A stretch of DNA of 64,000 bases, taken from assembly GCF_009914755.1 (NCBI RefSeq), contig NC_060930.1; one strand, 5' to 3'. A program made the translations under genes and the position numbers. Below are positions 44,017 through 56,350 of the stretch, in pieces (the stretch's first letter is position 1; each line of letters begins with the position of its first letter). The stretch is from the human T2T-CHM13v2.0 reference genome, Homo sapiens. Under the pieces are notes generated by a model. The model searched no databases. It saw only the letters and a list, made by a program, of their open reading frames with translations, and was not told where the DNA came from.

Positions 44017-44931
44017 CTGTATAAGAAAAGAGAAAGGTTAAACATTTTAAGTAAAGTTAGCCACAAATTCTATGAATGCTATCAGTCTTTGTGTATCTCC
44101 TTAAAAACCCACACAAACTTGCCATTTTCTAACTCTCCGTCTAATGAAAGTATACTTTTTCTTCAAGCACCAGTCTACAGGAAACTATTGTTGAATCTTT
44201 CTCATGTAATTTCATTGTCAAAAACAAAACATGTTCTGCACATATTTATACTTCAGGTGTATGTTTTCTTGAATAAAGTAGGCATTTGTACTAATCTTGG
44301 AAACCTAACCACCACCTAAAATAGTGTTATTATAGGACAACGTTGGCCAAGTGAACTTATAGTAGACAACTTTCTTTTAAGTTAGGAACTGGATATAAGA
44401 TGAAGAATATGATATCTGAGCTGAATTATTTGGGCCTAGTTCTGCCAGGCATGTCCTCTTGTTTTCCAAGTTAGACAGTAATTCAGTCTTACTTTAGTTT
44501 AGTTTAGTTTTGTTTTGTTTTCTCCTCCCTGGTGAAATGACAATGCTTTGAATTTTAGAATGATCAGAACAACACAATCAGATACTTTTTACTCAGGTTC
44601 CATTAACCAAGTAACTAAATATATTACTTTAGTGATGACAGTCTTGGGTTCATTGTGATATTCACTGTATGTTGGGCACTTGAAACATCACTTGTGGAGG
44701 TATTATATGTCTCAATAACAGGTCAGACTATGGGAATTCCTTAGTTTTTTGCCCTCAGTCAAGTAAGATAATTTGTTCTTATACATTTGGATGAAGGTGA
44801 AGTTACTCTCATTGATAACTGCAGTTGTACCAACATAAAGTTTCATTCCACTTGTTTCATTCTCAAGATGGACATTCTTCTACTCATCACAAACCAAGGT
44901 CTAAAGCTGTGAAAGGCTAGAAGTTAATTAC

Positions 44932-45049
44932 ATTTCCTTCTGAGTTTCTTCTGCTGTGGCTTGCTGGTCTTCCCTTGTTCTTCTTAGAATGTACTGGCAA
45001 AGGCTCCAGAACCAGGCATAAAGCAATCAGCCAGAGATCTGCACAGATC
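44932..45049 (-). other. Candidate 118-nt exon
   Basis: Minus strand: tcttctctcttag|GATCTG...GGAAAT|gtaatt; GAAGAA-rich; one open frame; donor is weak. Confidence 0.35.
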
Positions 45050-47069
45050 CTAAGAGAGAAGACCCTAGAATTTACAACATAAACTTCTTGACTTGCAACT
45101 TCTGCTTTGGAATATAATATGAAGTTTGGGAAGAGGTTTATTTTGTGATTCTAGATAAATTATTAAAATCATGAAAGGAAAGAAATCCTCAATGGCGGAA
45201 CTAGAATCTTTGTGCTGTATTAGAAATGAATTTAGTCATGAGGTTTTGTGGTCTTAAACTTTTTTTTAAGTGTCTGAATTTTGTACCCAGGATTTCTTAA
45301 TGCACACATGAAAGAAGGAAATTGGAAAAAACCTTTAATGATACTTCTATTAATATTCATGACAAGAGACCACTTCTGAGGTACTTATATTTGGTCCTTC
45401 AGGTCCTATTAGTCCACTGCCTACAATTTGAAGACTTTTTAAAAATGACTCTCCTTTCCTAAAATCACACAAAAATGGCTATATTTACATTTACCTGGAG
45501 ACCTCTCATTATTTGGAGAAAAAAAATTCCCTTAAATTAAACCTGCTTTAGAAATGTTTAAATTTATGCACTCATGACATATATATTCCAAATGTCAGTC
45601 AAACTATGCACATTTACAAAGTAACCTGACCCTCACCCTCAAGAAGGGAGATAATACACAAACATGTGATAGAACCAGAAAACAATTATAAATCCATATA
45701 GACATAAGAATGAGATAACATGGTAGATCAGTAATCTGAATAGAGTATTCATTTGCAGAAAACAAACTGTAGAAAGACAGTTAAGTGGTATCCATGTCAA
45801 TATTGGAATTTAGGAGAATTTAAGCACTGTAGAAAAGGGACAGCAGGAACTGTATATCAGTGCAACCAGGGAATAAAATTCAGAGCAAGATGTTACACTC
45901 AAGGAAAGAGTGAAAAAGTATTTCAGATGAAGATTCCATTAATTTATAGAAATTCCCCCCAAAATCAACTTTTTAAACAAGGAAAATTACCATTAGTTTC
46001 ACTAGTTACCATTAGTAGCTAGAGATAATTTCATAATCAAGAGGGAAAATATTTCATATTGCAATGTTGTAGCCTACTCAGTACAATGTGATATATAAAG
46101 AAATTTTAATCCAGCAAATGTTCTTAAAGATTTAGGTAGGTTGGAGTTCTTGGCTATGTTAAAATCTAATACTAGAAAGAATTTAAATGTGAATATTTAA
46201 TCTTGGAAATTATGTATTAAAAGACATTAAACTAAAGATGAGAGAAATATGCCAGGGCATTTTGAAAGTTAGACAGGGAATTGAAATTGAATCTTTTGGT
46301 CAATGATGAGCAATATTGACCAAATAAACAGAATCTCTACTAAGGTAAACCACAGCTGCTATCACTTCTGTTAACATAGCAACAGAGAATGATTAACCTA
46401 GCAACGAAGTTCTAAATAGCAAAGAAGGAGATATTGACTGATGAAAAATTACTTGGTATTCAAAGAGTTTTCTAGAACAGGAGCAAGTAAAATATCTGTT
46501 TCAATAGAGACAGATATAAAGATCTGGAGGAGACATTCTCACTAGAGCCCAGGGAAAGGCAACATATCATAGGAAAGTTCACTAGTTCTGATTTCCACTC
46601 ATTCGATTTAAGGTCCTAATATTTAAAATATTGACTTCTCAAATCCTACAAAAATTATTGCTCCCACATTCCTCTTAGTGGGAGGCTTCTTTAAGGGCTA
46701 TCTACCCCAATCCCCATCACCAACCTCAGAAAATGACTGCTTTATCTTTGCTTCACCTTGAATCCCTCTCTGTCATAACAGTATTGCACATTATTACATA
46801 TTAACAAAGAATACATGATACTTGTAATAAATTGGGAGTTTCCTGGGGCCAATGTTCATTATATTTTTATTGCCTTAAACAGTGCCTGACATCTACTAGG
46901 TAGGAAAGAGGAAGTTTAAAGTTGATCTTGAACCAATATTAGCAGTTAGATGTCATTTATTATATACCTTCATACATCTTGGATTTCTTCTTCTTATCCC
47001 TTAACATATTTTTTATTAAATAATTGTCATTGTAAATATTTAATGATAATGAGTACCTTCCCCACATAT

Positions 47070-47190
47070 CAAGATCCATGACAGCAGTGATGCTCTGTCC
47101 TGTTCACTTGTGTGAATCTATAGTTTCTAGGACAATTTAACAGAAGCTCAATAAATAATTGAGTGGACAAACAAATAAATGAATTGATAC
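47070..47190 (+). mobile_element. L2 3' end
   Basis: aagatccatgacagcag..tgttcac..gctcaataaataattgag..aataaatgaat. Confidence 0.7.
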
Positions 47191-47253
47191 ATGAATTCCC
47201 ATGATACTTTTTATCTAACCACTGGTTTTTCTTAATTGACTCATATACATATC

Positions 47254-47273
47254 ATATATATATATATACACAT

Positions 47274-47326
<53 letters not shown>
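47254..47326. repeat. (TA)n(GA)n compound microsatellite
   Basis: Direct reading. Confidence 0.95.
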
Positions 47327-47328
<2 letters not shown>

Positions 47329-47379
47329 AATTTTGCAGTTTAGGCCAACTGAATAAATTATGGCATTCGATGCAAAGTG

Positions 47380-48194
47380 AAGATATAAAGTCCCTTGTTC
47401 ACAAAGCAGGAAAAAAGTGCCATTAAAAGTTATTAAAATACAAAGCTTTTTCTTTTATATTGTGCTTTTTCTGTTAAACCATCATGGTGTTTTTATTTGC
47501 TATTTAATGTCATTCTAAATAAAGAATAATTAAAGTTTTAAATTTTAACATGAATTTTACTGTTCATTTTTATATTGTACAACATCAGTTTTAAATGCAA
47601 ATATAAAAACATCCAATTGTAAGTAGAATCATTGAAATTATACAATTCCTATTTTGTAGTTTATACATGCATATGCACTTGGTTCTTACTAGAACAATAT
47701 AAACCCTGCACAAAACTAACTCACCTGTTTTCATTTCATTTCCTGATATGCACACATTGTACTCACACTCTCTACCTTCAGTTTACCCATGAGTAATGAA
47801 GGAATGAAAGAAAAAGAAACTGTGGGTTTGCCCTATCTCTCTCTTTCCTTCTATAACATAGCAGCTTCCATAACACACTTAACCTTGTATTTACTTTGAG
47901 TCTTACTGAAACCCCATGCCTCATGGATTCATTGCAATTCTGTTGATGGGGCATCAAAAAGGCTCTTTACAAATGGATGGCAAGGAACTGTAAACATACA
48001 TATTGCTCATACCTTCTCTGCTCATAGGCATGCTCCATTAGCCCAACAAACTTCAGTTACAAATCACAAGTTTAAAAAAAATTATTAAGAATTTTAAGAT
48101 GATAACAACAGAGCATTAAACCAAGTACAGGGCCTTTCTGAGGACAGAAACTTGTGTGACCTAAACAGATTCTATATCCATGAAGCCAGCCCTG
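47380..48194. mobile_element. Arthur1-family DNA transposon fragment (hAT-Tip100)
   Basis: Terminus cagagcattaaaccaag..ggcctttctgag..tgtgtgac..ccatgaagccagccctg; left boundary uncertain. Confidence 0.7.
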
Positions 48195-48914
48195 CAAGGG
48201 CTGTTGTCTTTTAAACAAGCCCTGTAGTCTTTTAAACAACAACCACATCAATCTAAATAAGCTAAGTGGTCAAACAAAATTGTCTTGTAAAAGTTTTTAG
48301 TATCAGAGGGCAGGTGACTTAAGTTTTCCTTAGGTTGAAGACCAATTGTTGATTAGTTTGTGCCCAAAAATAATACTTTCAGACTGTAAAAAGAAATGCT
48401 AATAAGGTGATTGCCAATAATCTTGTAAATTTGAAACTTGTAAAGATACTCTTTGTAGTAATACAATCAGAAAAAAGGCTCTCTTACAGATATATTCATA
48501 TCTAAAGTAAAGAAAGGTTTTCACATTATGGGATGGCTTCATTAGTGGATTCATTCATTCATCATTCATTCATGATGTGCAGAGTTGCAGTATTAAGATG
48601 TATTTCATACTGTGGGTCATCATTACAAATGCCATTGTCATAAAAATCTGTATCCTCAGATGAAGCCTATCATTTATAAACTCAGGAACCATCTTTCCAA
48701 AGTATAACACAGCTTAATTTCAGGACAACCACGTCACCTAAGTAATTCTGAAATTTTTTTTCCACAAGTATTGCCTTACAAGTTTAGATTCACGTGGAAG
48801 ACTATGTTCTCCAAGGTTTGTGAATAATGTACCCAGTACTTTTAACATTTTCACTAGCCACCCAAAGACTGAACATTTAGAAACAAAGAAAGGAAAAACA
48901 CATTTATTTATTTC

Positions 48915-49085
48915 TATTATCAGATTTAATCCTCACAATAATTTTTAAGATGAACAGTATCAGCCCTTTTTTATAGGTAAAAGAAGTTGAAACTCAAAGA
49001 ATTTAAGTAATTTGCCAAAAGCCACATATCTCATTTGTAGCAAAATAAGACTTAGAACCTAGGTTGCCTGTACTGAAGTCCATCC
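48915..49085 (-). mobile_element. MIR
   Basis: atttaatcctcacaataa..ttaagtaatttgcc..tagaacctagg. Confidence 0.75.
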
Positions 49086-50174
49086 AGCATTTAAGTCTCC
49101 TGAGGTGTTATAATCTTATTTAAAATACTAAAAAGATTAAAATGAAACAGAGAAATGACATAACTGATGCACAAAAATCAAGGATTGATTGTGTTACAGT
49201 CTAGTGAAATATAATTTAATTTTAGACTCCATTTTCCCACTGAACCATACCATAACTAATAGGCAATATTCTTTTGTGAATCAGAGCCTCAACATTTGCG
49301 TTTTCTTGTGGTTACATTTTAAGAAATTATGTGCAATGTTTTGATTTCTTTGTACCCACAATCCAAGCCACTCAAAAACAACAAAATTCCACAAAGGAGG
49401 AGGAAAAAATAAATCTTAGAGAATTTGGAAAGAACAGTATCAACTTTTTATAGCAATCATAAGAAAATCATCTACATTGGTATCAAATATCAGGTTTCCA
49501 GCACAGGAAAAGAAAACTGGAGTACCTGCCATTTTAAATTACTCCCTGTCATGTTTTTATTCCTCCTTTTCCCCTGGGATGTTAACGTCTTGAAGAAATA
49601 TGTGTGTGCTCTGAAAATATTTCCTGAAGTCAGTGGATTCCATATGTTCCTAGAGAAACAAATTATTCACTCCGTGGGTCATTCCCGACGACATTTAGAT
49701 CTTCTAATCAGTACATTTAGGCCCTATGCACTTTGTATTTTCAGAGCTCTCTTATATAGACCTAGATAGGACTCATGAAATATTTTCATTGACTCAAACC
49801 CTCCTTTTATCTAAAAAATCACACAGGAGCACACATACATACACTCTTTCTACATATTACACACTGAGAGACACGCAAATGCATCTTCTTTATTGTTTAA
49901 CTACGTTGGACACTGGTATAAGAAAATTAGATGGTTTTTTTTTTAACTGAGTAAATAATAGTTCCAAATCCAAAGAAAAACTAGAAACATACAGGAACGT
50001 ACACTCAATATCTGTAGTTCATAGACATAGTTGATCAGAAGGAGAAGGGCAAAAATAATAAATGACTAGAGATTGTTTTTATTTGATTTCTGTTTGTTTT
50101 ATTTTTCTACAAAAAAATAAAGACCAAGAATTGGAGTTTAACTTTTGCTTTTCTTTGGGAAAAAAAAAAAAAGT

Positions 50175-51060
50175 GCAGTGCTTGAAACACTTTCTTCATT
50201 TGGTTTCAAGGCATTGCTCTCTTTTTGTTATTTAAAATCCCCTTAATGATTACTTCCTTATTGTCTTACTTTGATGTTGAAGTGTCCTCAGATTATTTCA
50301 CTGGTCCTCTTCTTTGTTAACCTTAGAAATTTCATTAATATCCTGGGCTTCTATTGCCAGTGATATGCTATAAATTACCAACTGTATATCCCATTCATTT
50401 ATTGTACACAGCTTTGTTGATCACTATGTCCCAGACATTTATGTTAGCTGAAATAAAATAATCATGGTCATCACCATCTTGAAACTTAAAGTAGAGTACT
50501 ACAGCCACACACTAAATATGTAAATACGCCAAACAAGTAAGTAAATAAATAAGAAAAATTAAATGATATAGAGCCATGAAGAACAGGACATAAAGAGAAT
50601 AAGGTAGGAGAAAGGAAAGTCACTAAGGAATTGACATTTAAGCTTAGATCTAGAAAAAAGAAAGATCCAATATAGCTATGATCTGGGAGAAAATTGGTCC
50701 AGGGTTTCTGGCCTGGAATCTCTCCATTCCTAATATCCTCCTGAGCTCTGAACACACTCCAACAATTGCCTACTAGACAGTTCATTTGAGTAGCCTATAA
50801 TTTTCTTGATTTTAAGAGGTAAAAATATAATTTCCTATACAAACGCAGTTGTCCTGCTACTCCTTGCTGCTATTTCCATCTTGGTTAAAAGGCACTACCC
50901 AAGCTAAACATCTCGGAAGTCTTGGCAAGAATCTTCCTTCTCCCTCACACCTTACATTATTCCACACCAAGTGTTGTCCATCCTGTTCCTCATAGAAGGT
51001 ACTTAATGAGTGTTTCTGGCTAAGGAATGAATGACTCAATCAGGAAGTGAATGAATGGAA
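50175..51060 (+). mobile_element. L2 with a nested antisense L2 (~50391-50700)
   Basis: cttgaaacactttcttc..ccaactgtatatc | cattcatttattg..ctatgtcccagaca (antisense tail) | cctgagctc..caattgcctactagaca..gaatgaatg. Confidence 0.65.
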
Positions 51061-51311
51061 ATGTTACTGGGCTTCTGATTCTTGATGAGAAAAACTTCTA
51101 AGCACCATCAACAAATCTGTCTTAATAGCAGTAGTACATGTTTTTTCTTAATTTAGGATGTATATCCTGCCTTTCAAAGGAGCTTAATCTACTTTTTGTT
51201 GAACTCATCACAGTCTTGAAGACCTGTAGGAAGAAACTAGATTCCAACGTGCCACCAGATCTCACCCAGCCTGAAATCAGGTCTTGGTAAATAAAATTTA
51301 CTAGAGCCTCT

Positions 51312-51312
<1 letters not shown>

Positions 51313-51353
<41 letters not shown>

Positions 51354-51633
51354 AGATGGAGTCCCGCTCTTTCGCCCAGGCTGGAGTGCAGTGGTGTGTC
51401 TCAGCTCACTGCAAGCTCTGCCTCCTGGGTTCACGCCATTCTCCTGCCTCAGCCTCCCGAGTAGCTGGGACTACAGGCGCATACCACCACACCCGGCTAA
51501 TTTTTTTGTATTTTTAGTAGAGACAGGGTTTCACCGTGTTCGTCAGGATTGTCTCGATCTCCTGACCTCGTGATCTGCCTGCCTCGGCCTCCCAAAGTGC
51601 TGGGATTACAGGCGTGAGCCACCACGCCCAGCC
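51313..51633 (-). mobile_element. AluY with pure 40-nt poly-T
   Basis: caagctc, ttcacgccattc, gacctcgtgatc diagnostics. Confidence 0.95.
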
Positions 51634-51739
51634 AGAACCTACATTTTTATTTTAGGAAGTTTTGTTCCTGGGAAGAGCATCAGAAAAAGAAAACGATGCT
51701 CATCTTTTCCTCTCTTTTACTACCTATACACAGTGAATT

Positions 51740-52310
51740 CATAGATTTATACTCCTGCCCATACATCTTTCCTGAAGTACTCCTCTACAGAATTGTATAT
51801 CCAACTGCCTACTCAGCATTTCCATTTAGATGTCTAATTTACTTCTTAAACATAAAACTCCAAAATGAATTTCTGATATTCTTCCCCAAACCCTGCTCTT
51901 TGAACAGTCTTTATCATATATGTTAATAACAAGTTCCTCCTTCTAGTTACTCAGGACAAAAACTTTCGAGTCGTGCTTAATTCCTCTCTTTTCCTTATAT
52001 TCCATATCCAATCCTTGAGAAAATCTTCTTGGTTCTACTTTCTAAATGATTCCAGAATCTGATCCGTTATAGCCATGACCATCTCTACCACCTTATCCTA
52101 AATTGACATTGTCTGCCTCTCGGATTGTTGCAAAAATTTCCTAAATGGTATCTCTGTTTCACACTTTTTCCTTACTTCCTTTCTCAAAAGAGGCCAGAGA
52201 AAGACTTTCTGCTCAAAATGCTCCAATGGCTCCCTCTTACCTGGAGTAATATCCTAAGCCCATACAGTGGCATAATAGGCCCTCTCTGACCTGCCCCATT
52301 ACTCCTTATG
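51740..52310 (+). mobile_element. L2
   Basis: tatatccaactgcctactcagcatttccatttagatgtct..cttctagttactcagg..ccagaatctga..ctgctcaaaa..ctccaatggctccc. Confidence 0.85.
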
Positions 52311-53078
52311 CATCAACTGAACTTGTACCCCAACTTGGATCTGCACATCCACTGGTCTAACTGAAGCTTCCATGCCTTGTCAACTTTTTCACAGTGCTCC
52401 CTGGAACTCATGGGTTTGTCATCTCAACAAATGCTGTATTCTCAACCTCTTCTCCATTGGTCACTTTGCCATATTAGATCCAGCATAACTTGTATGCCCC
52501 TCAATTGATGGCTTTTTCTCCCACTCAGCAAGATGAGCTATGTATTCTTTCTGCCCTTTATGGCTACTTCTGTAATAAGTATAGATAAATATTTTTTAAA
52601 TATATCATTTGATGTGGGTTTATTTTACTTAAAATAAGTGTATATAATATATAATACAATTTTGGTATATGAAAGATTTTCCCATCTATTATTTTTTCCC
52701 AAGATTGTTGAATACCAAAAGACTAGGAAATGTTAGTATGCATTTGATATTATTTGTTCTTGGCTTGTCATGTGTAATTGTGTCATATGAATAGGTCCAA
52801 GCCAAGCAGAGATAACTTAGCAGTGTAAAAGTAGCATGACAGCTAAGAAAGATTATTTAAGGTCACATAGGATGGCCAATTGAAATTTTTGTTTGTCAGT
52901 CTTGGGGTTAATCACAGTGGCATAACACTGATTTTACTTAGCTAATCCACATCTCTTCCATTTTCAGAGAAAACTAAGCAGCCACACCTTGTTCTTAGAA
53001 AATATTTAATAACTGAGAACTAAAGTGAGGTTGAAATGTCAAATAATATTTCTCATAATAAAAATAAAGCACTGGGAC

Positions 53079-53377
53079 CGGCTCACGCCTGTAATCCCAG
53101 CACTTTGGGAGGCAGAGGCAGGCAAATAACTTGAGGCCAAGAGTATGAAACAAGACTGGCCAGCATGGTGAAAATCAGTCTCTACTAAAAATACAAAAAG
53201 TAGCCAGGCTTGTCAGTGCATGTCTGTAATTCCTGCTATTCAGGAGGCTGAGACATGAGAATCACTTGAACCTGGGAGATGGAAGTTGCATGGTTGCAGT
53301 GAGTGGAGATCGCACCTCTGAACTCCAGCCTGGGTGACAGAGTGGAGACTCTGTCTAAAAAAAAAAAAAAAAAAAAA
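53079..53377 (+). mobile_element. Old Alu (Jb/Sz-like)
   Basis: Dimer with acttgaggcc and poly-A; degenerate TSD aaagcactgg/aaatcattgg. Confidence 0.9.
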
Positions 53378-53904
53378 TCATTGGACAAAAGGCAAAAACA
53401 ACACTGGATATTGTTGAGTCAATTAAGTTATTATATAAATTCTACCACTAAATTGCCATAAGAAAAATAAAACCTGTCCTTTTAAATTTGTCTGTTTTTG
53501 AATTCTAACAATATTTTTAATCTCAATAGTGATTTTAAATAATAATAATTGAAGACAAGAATAAATCCTTTCTTTGAATACATTAGGCATAGGAAACGCT
53601 GACCTATACAGACAAAACAGAATTCCCTCATTCAACCAAAATAATTTGAGTATCAAAACACCACAATAAGCACTCAGAACTACCCCATCCTTGCCCATGC
53701 TAAAATGACACTCTAGTTCTTTGGATTCATCATCAGAATATTAAGAGATAAAAGTGAATATACTTATTAAACATCTATTGTGTAGATCTCTGTGGGCTTT
53801 TGGAGCCATAAGACAATTTAAGGAAGAGAAATAATTTAATTAGGCTTGAATAATAAATAGAAAGCTAATGAGGCCTCAGGAAGTAGTCTAAGAAGTGTTC
53901 TGCT

Positions 53905-54120
53905 GTGGTAAATACAGTTTTTTCAAAATCACAAGACTTTGGGTGCACTGAGAGTCATACGATTTTTGCAAGCCTGTTAACCTTTCTGGACTTTCTCCTG
54001 TGACCAAAAGGGAAAAATAATCCTGATTATCTCTTATGATTACAAGGAGGATCAAATGAAATAATGCCTGCAGAAGTGCTTTGGGAACTACAAAGCACCA
54101 TGAATATGCTCCAGCTGCTT
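53905..54120 (+). mobile_element. MIR
   Basis: gcaagcctgttaacctttctgg..aggatcaaatgaaataatg..aagtgctttg. Confidence 0.65.
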
Positions 54121-54575
54121 TTAGTGGGAGAAATGATGTGAATCAAGACCAAGAGGCCACCATGAGCCTGGTATACGGAAGGGGATTAGGTGGACAGTAA
54201 GAAAGCTAACTGGGTTGGAATAGAAGACTTATTGGGAGTGATGTAAAATCCAGTTAGATAGATTTAATTAGGGTCAAATTATTTTATTTTCAATCTTAAA
54301 AAGATGTTCAAAGTAACTTTAGTAAGCAATGTAAAAGCACTCTCAAGCTCATGCAGTTGGGGAGAAGGGGTCAAATCAAATCAAATATTGTTCTGGCAAA
54401 ACCATGCAGATGAATTGAAAGAGGAAGAACAGATCAAATAATAAATACCTATGACATTTCAGAAGCTATTTGATAACAATCTGTGCTAGAATATTGTCTA
54501 AAGGTTAGGTCTGAAATGCTTTGTGAAGACTGAATAAAGTTGGCAAGTAGCTGACTTGCTAAAGTTTGATATTCC

Positions 54576-55097
54576 CCAGTTCCATCCATGTTGCTGCAAA
54601 TGACAGGATTTCCTTTTCTGTGGCCAAATAGTACTTCATTGTGTATATATGCAATATTTATTATCCATTTATCCATTGATGGACCCTTAGATTGATTCTA
54701 CATCTTGGCTGTTGTGAATGATGCTGCAATAAACATGGGAGTGCAGCTATCTCTTCAATATACTGATTTTCTTTCTTTTGAATCTCTACCCAGCATTGTA
54801 ATTGCTGGATTTTCAGTTTTTTTGAGGATGAAGAGGGATTGGTAAATGCCAATACAATTATATAGACAGAATAAGTTCCAATGTTAGATACCACAATAGG
54901 GTGATTATAGTTAAAAATAATTTATTGTATTTTTCAAAATAACTAGAAGAGAAGATTTGAAATGTTTTCAACACAAATAAATAATTAATGTTTGAGATGA
55001 TGGATATCCCAATAGATTATTTCACACTGTATACTTGTATCAAAATATCACATGTACCCCATAAATGCGTACAACTATCATGTATCAATACATAAAT
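54576..55097 (+). mobile_element. 5'-inverted L1MA (MA4/5-like) 3' end
   Basis: Antisense 54576-54823 joined to sense 3'UTR ending tatcacatgtaccccataaat; degenerate TSD taaagtttgatattcc/taaagtcagatgttcc. Confidence 0.85.
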
Positions 55098-55507
55098 AAA
55101 GTCAGATGTTCCAAAAGGGTACTTAAGATTACATATTGTTTCTATGCAGATGAACAGAAATGGAATATGGGAAAATAAAATTATTTGAAATGCTTAAGAA
55201 ATCAGAGAGTCCAAAAGATAGGGAACAAGGAGAACTGGCAAAATAATAAGATTTGTTTCATCACATTGAGATACTTGGAAAAATAAATGTAAAGTTTAGG
55301 TAAAATAGAAATATTGACTTCATGAGTATAGAGTTGATAATGGGAATGTTAAGAAATTTTGACTCATTTGTATGAGACAGGGAGACATAGGATATGCCTA
55401 TCTATGTTTTAGGGAGTTTCTTAATGCTTAAGAAATAAATGAAAGGTGAGAAAGAGAGGACAGTAAGTAAAATTACTACCACTACTTTTTCAGTTATTTT
55501 AGTAAGT

Positions 55508-55589
55508 TTAAATATTTTAAGGTATTAAAATAGATTAAATACTTTAAGGTTAAAATAGATTAAATATTTTAATACCTTAAAATATTTAA
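55508..55589. repeat. Perfect 25-bp AT-rich inverted repeat, 32-bp spacer
   Basis: ttaaatattttaaggtattaaaata (55508-55532) is the exact reverse complement of 55565-55589. Confidence 0.95.
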
Positions 55590-56079
55590 TAATAATTACT
55601 AATTAAATAAAGGCTTTGAATGATTCTTTAGAGGTATGAAACAAGTTGTAATACCATTGTTTAGTGTGATATTACAAGTTGTAATATCATTACATTACGT
55701 TTAATGTCACTGTTTAGTGTGCTTGTAGGCAAAGAGAAGGAATCAGAGAAAACAGGAAATTGAAGAAAAAAGTTCCCAAGAGGAACTGACTGAAAGAATA
55801 AGCTCAAAGAATTTTTTTTAGGATACGATTTTTTAGGTTAAAAGTTTCCTATTCCTTCTCTTTTTTCCTGCTAAATAATGCCATTTTTTTTCACAATGGC
55901 AGCTTGAGGTGGAAGGATGCAATAGAGGATGAAAAGCAAGCACTGCGATTCTTAGGAGAATGCTACAAATCTCCAATGGGACCACTGCTGATTGTGGAAG
56001 TTAGATGACCTTACGGCCCTTGGTGAGGTCAAATTTGTGACTCTTTCACAAAGGATAAGATATTTAAGTGGGAGGAAGA

Positions 56080-56350
56080 CTAATTTGTATTGAATGCTTA
56101 TTAGACACCCAGAATTATCCTAGCTGCTTTACATATATTTGAGCAAGATAGGTAGCACTATTATTCTTTGAAGAGCCTCACAGAAGTTAATAATTGGCCA
56201 AAGGTAGAATAGCAAGTAGCAATACAGGGATTTAAATGTGGACATGGGTAAATCCAAAGCCTGTGATCTTTCCCTGCTACACTCTTTCCCTATCTGTAAA
56301 ATGAATACTTGAGACTAGATGTTCTCTAAGATTCCTTCCAACTCTAACAT
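56080..56350. mobile_element. MIR (antisense) abutting a MIR3-type 3' end (sense)
   Basis: tattgaatgctta..gctttacata..gggatttaaa; atctgtaaaatg..gactagatg..ctctaagattccttccaactctaa. Confidence 0.65.
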
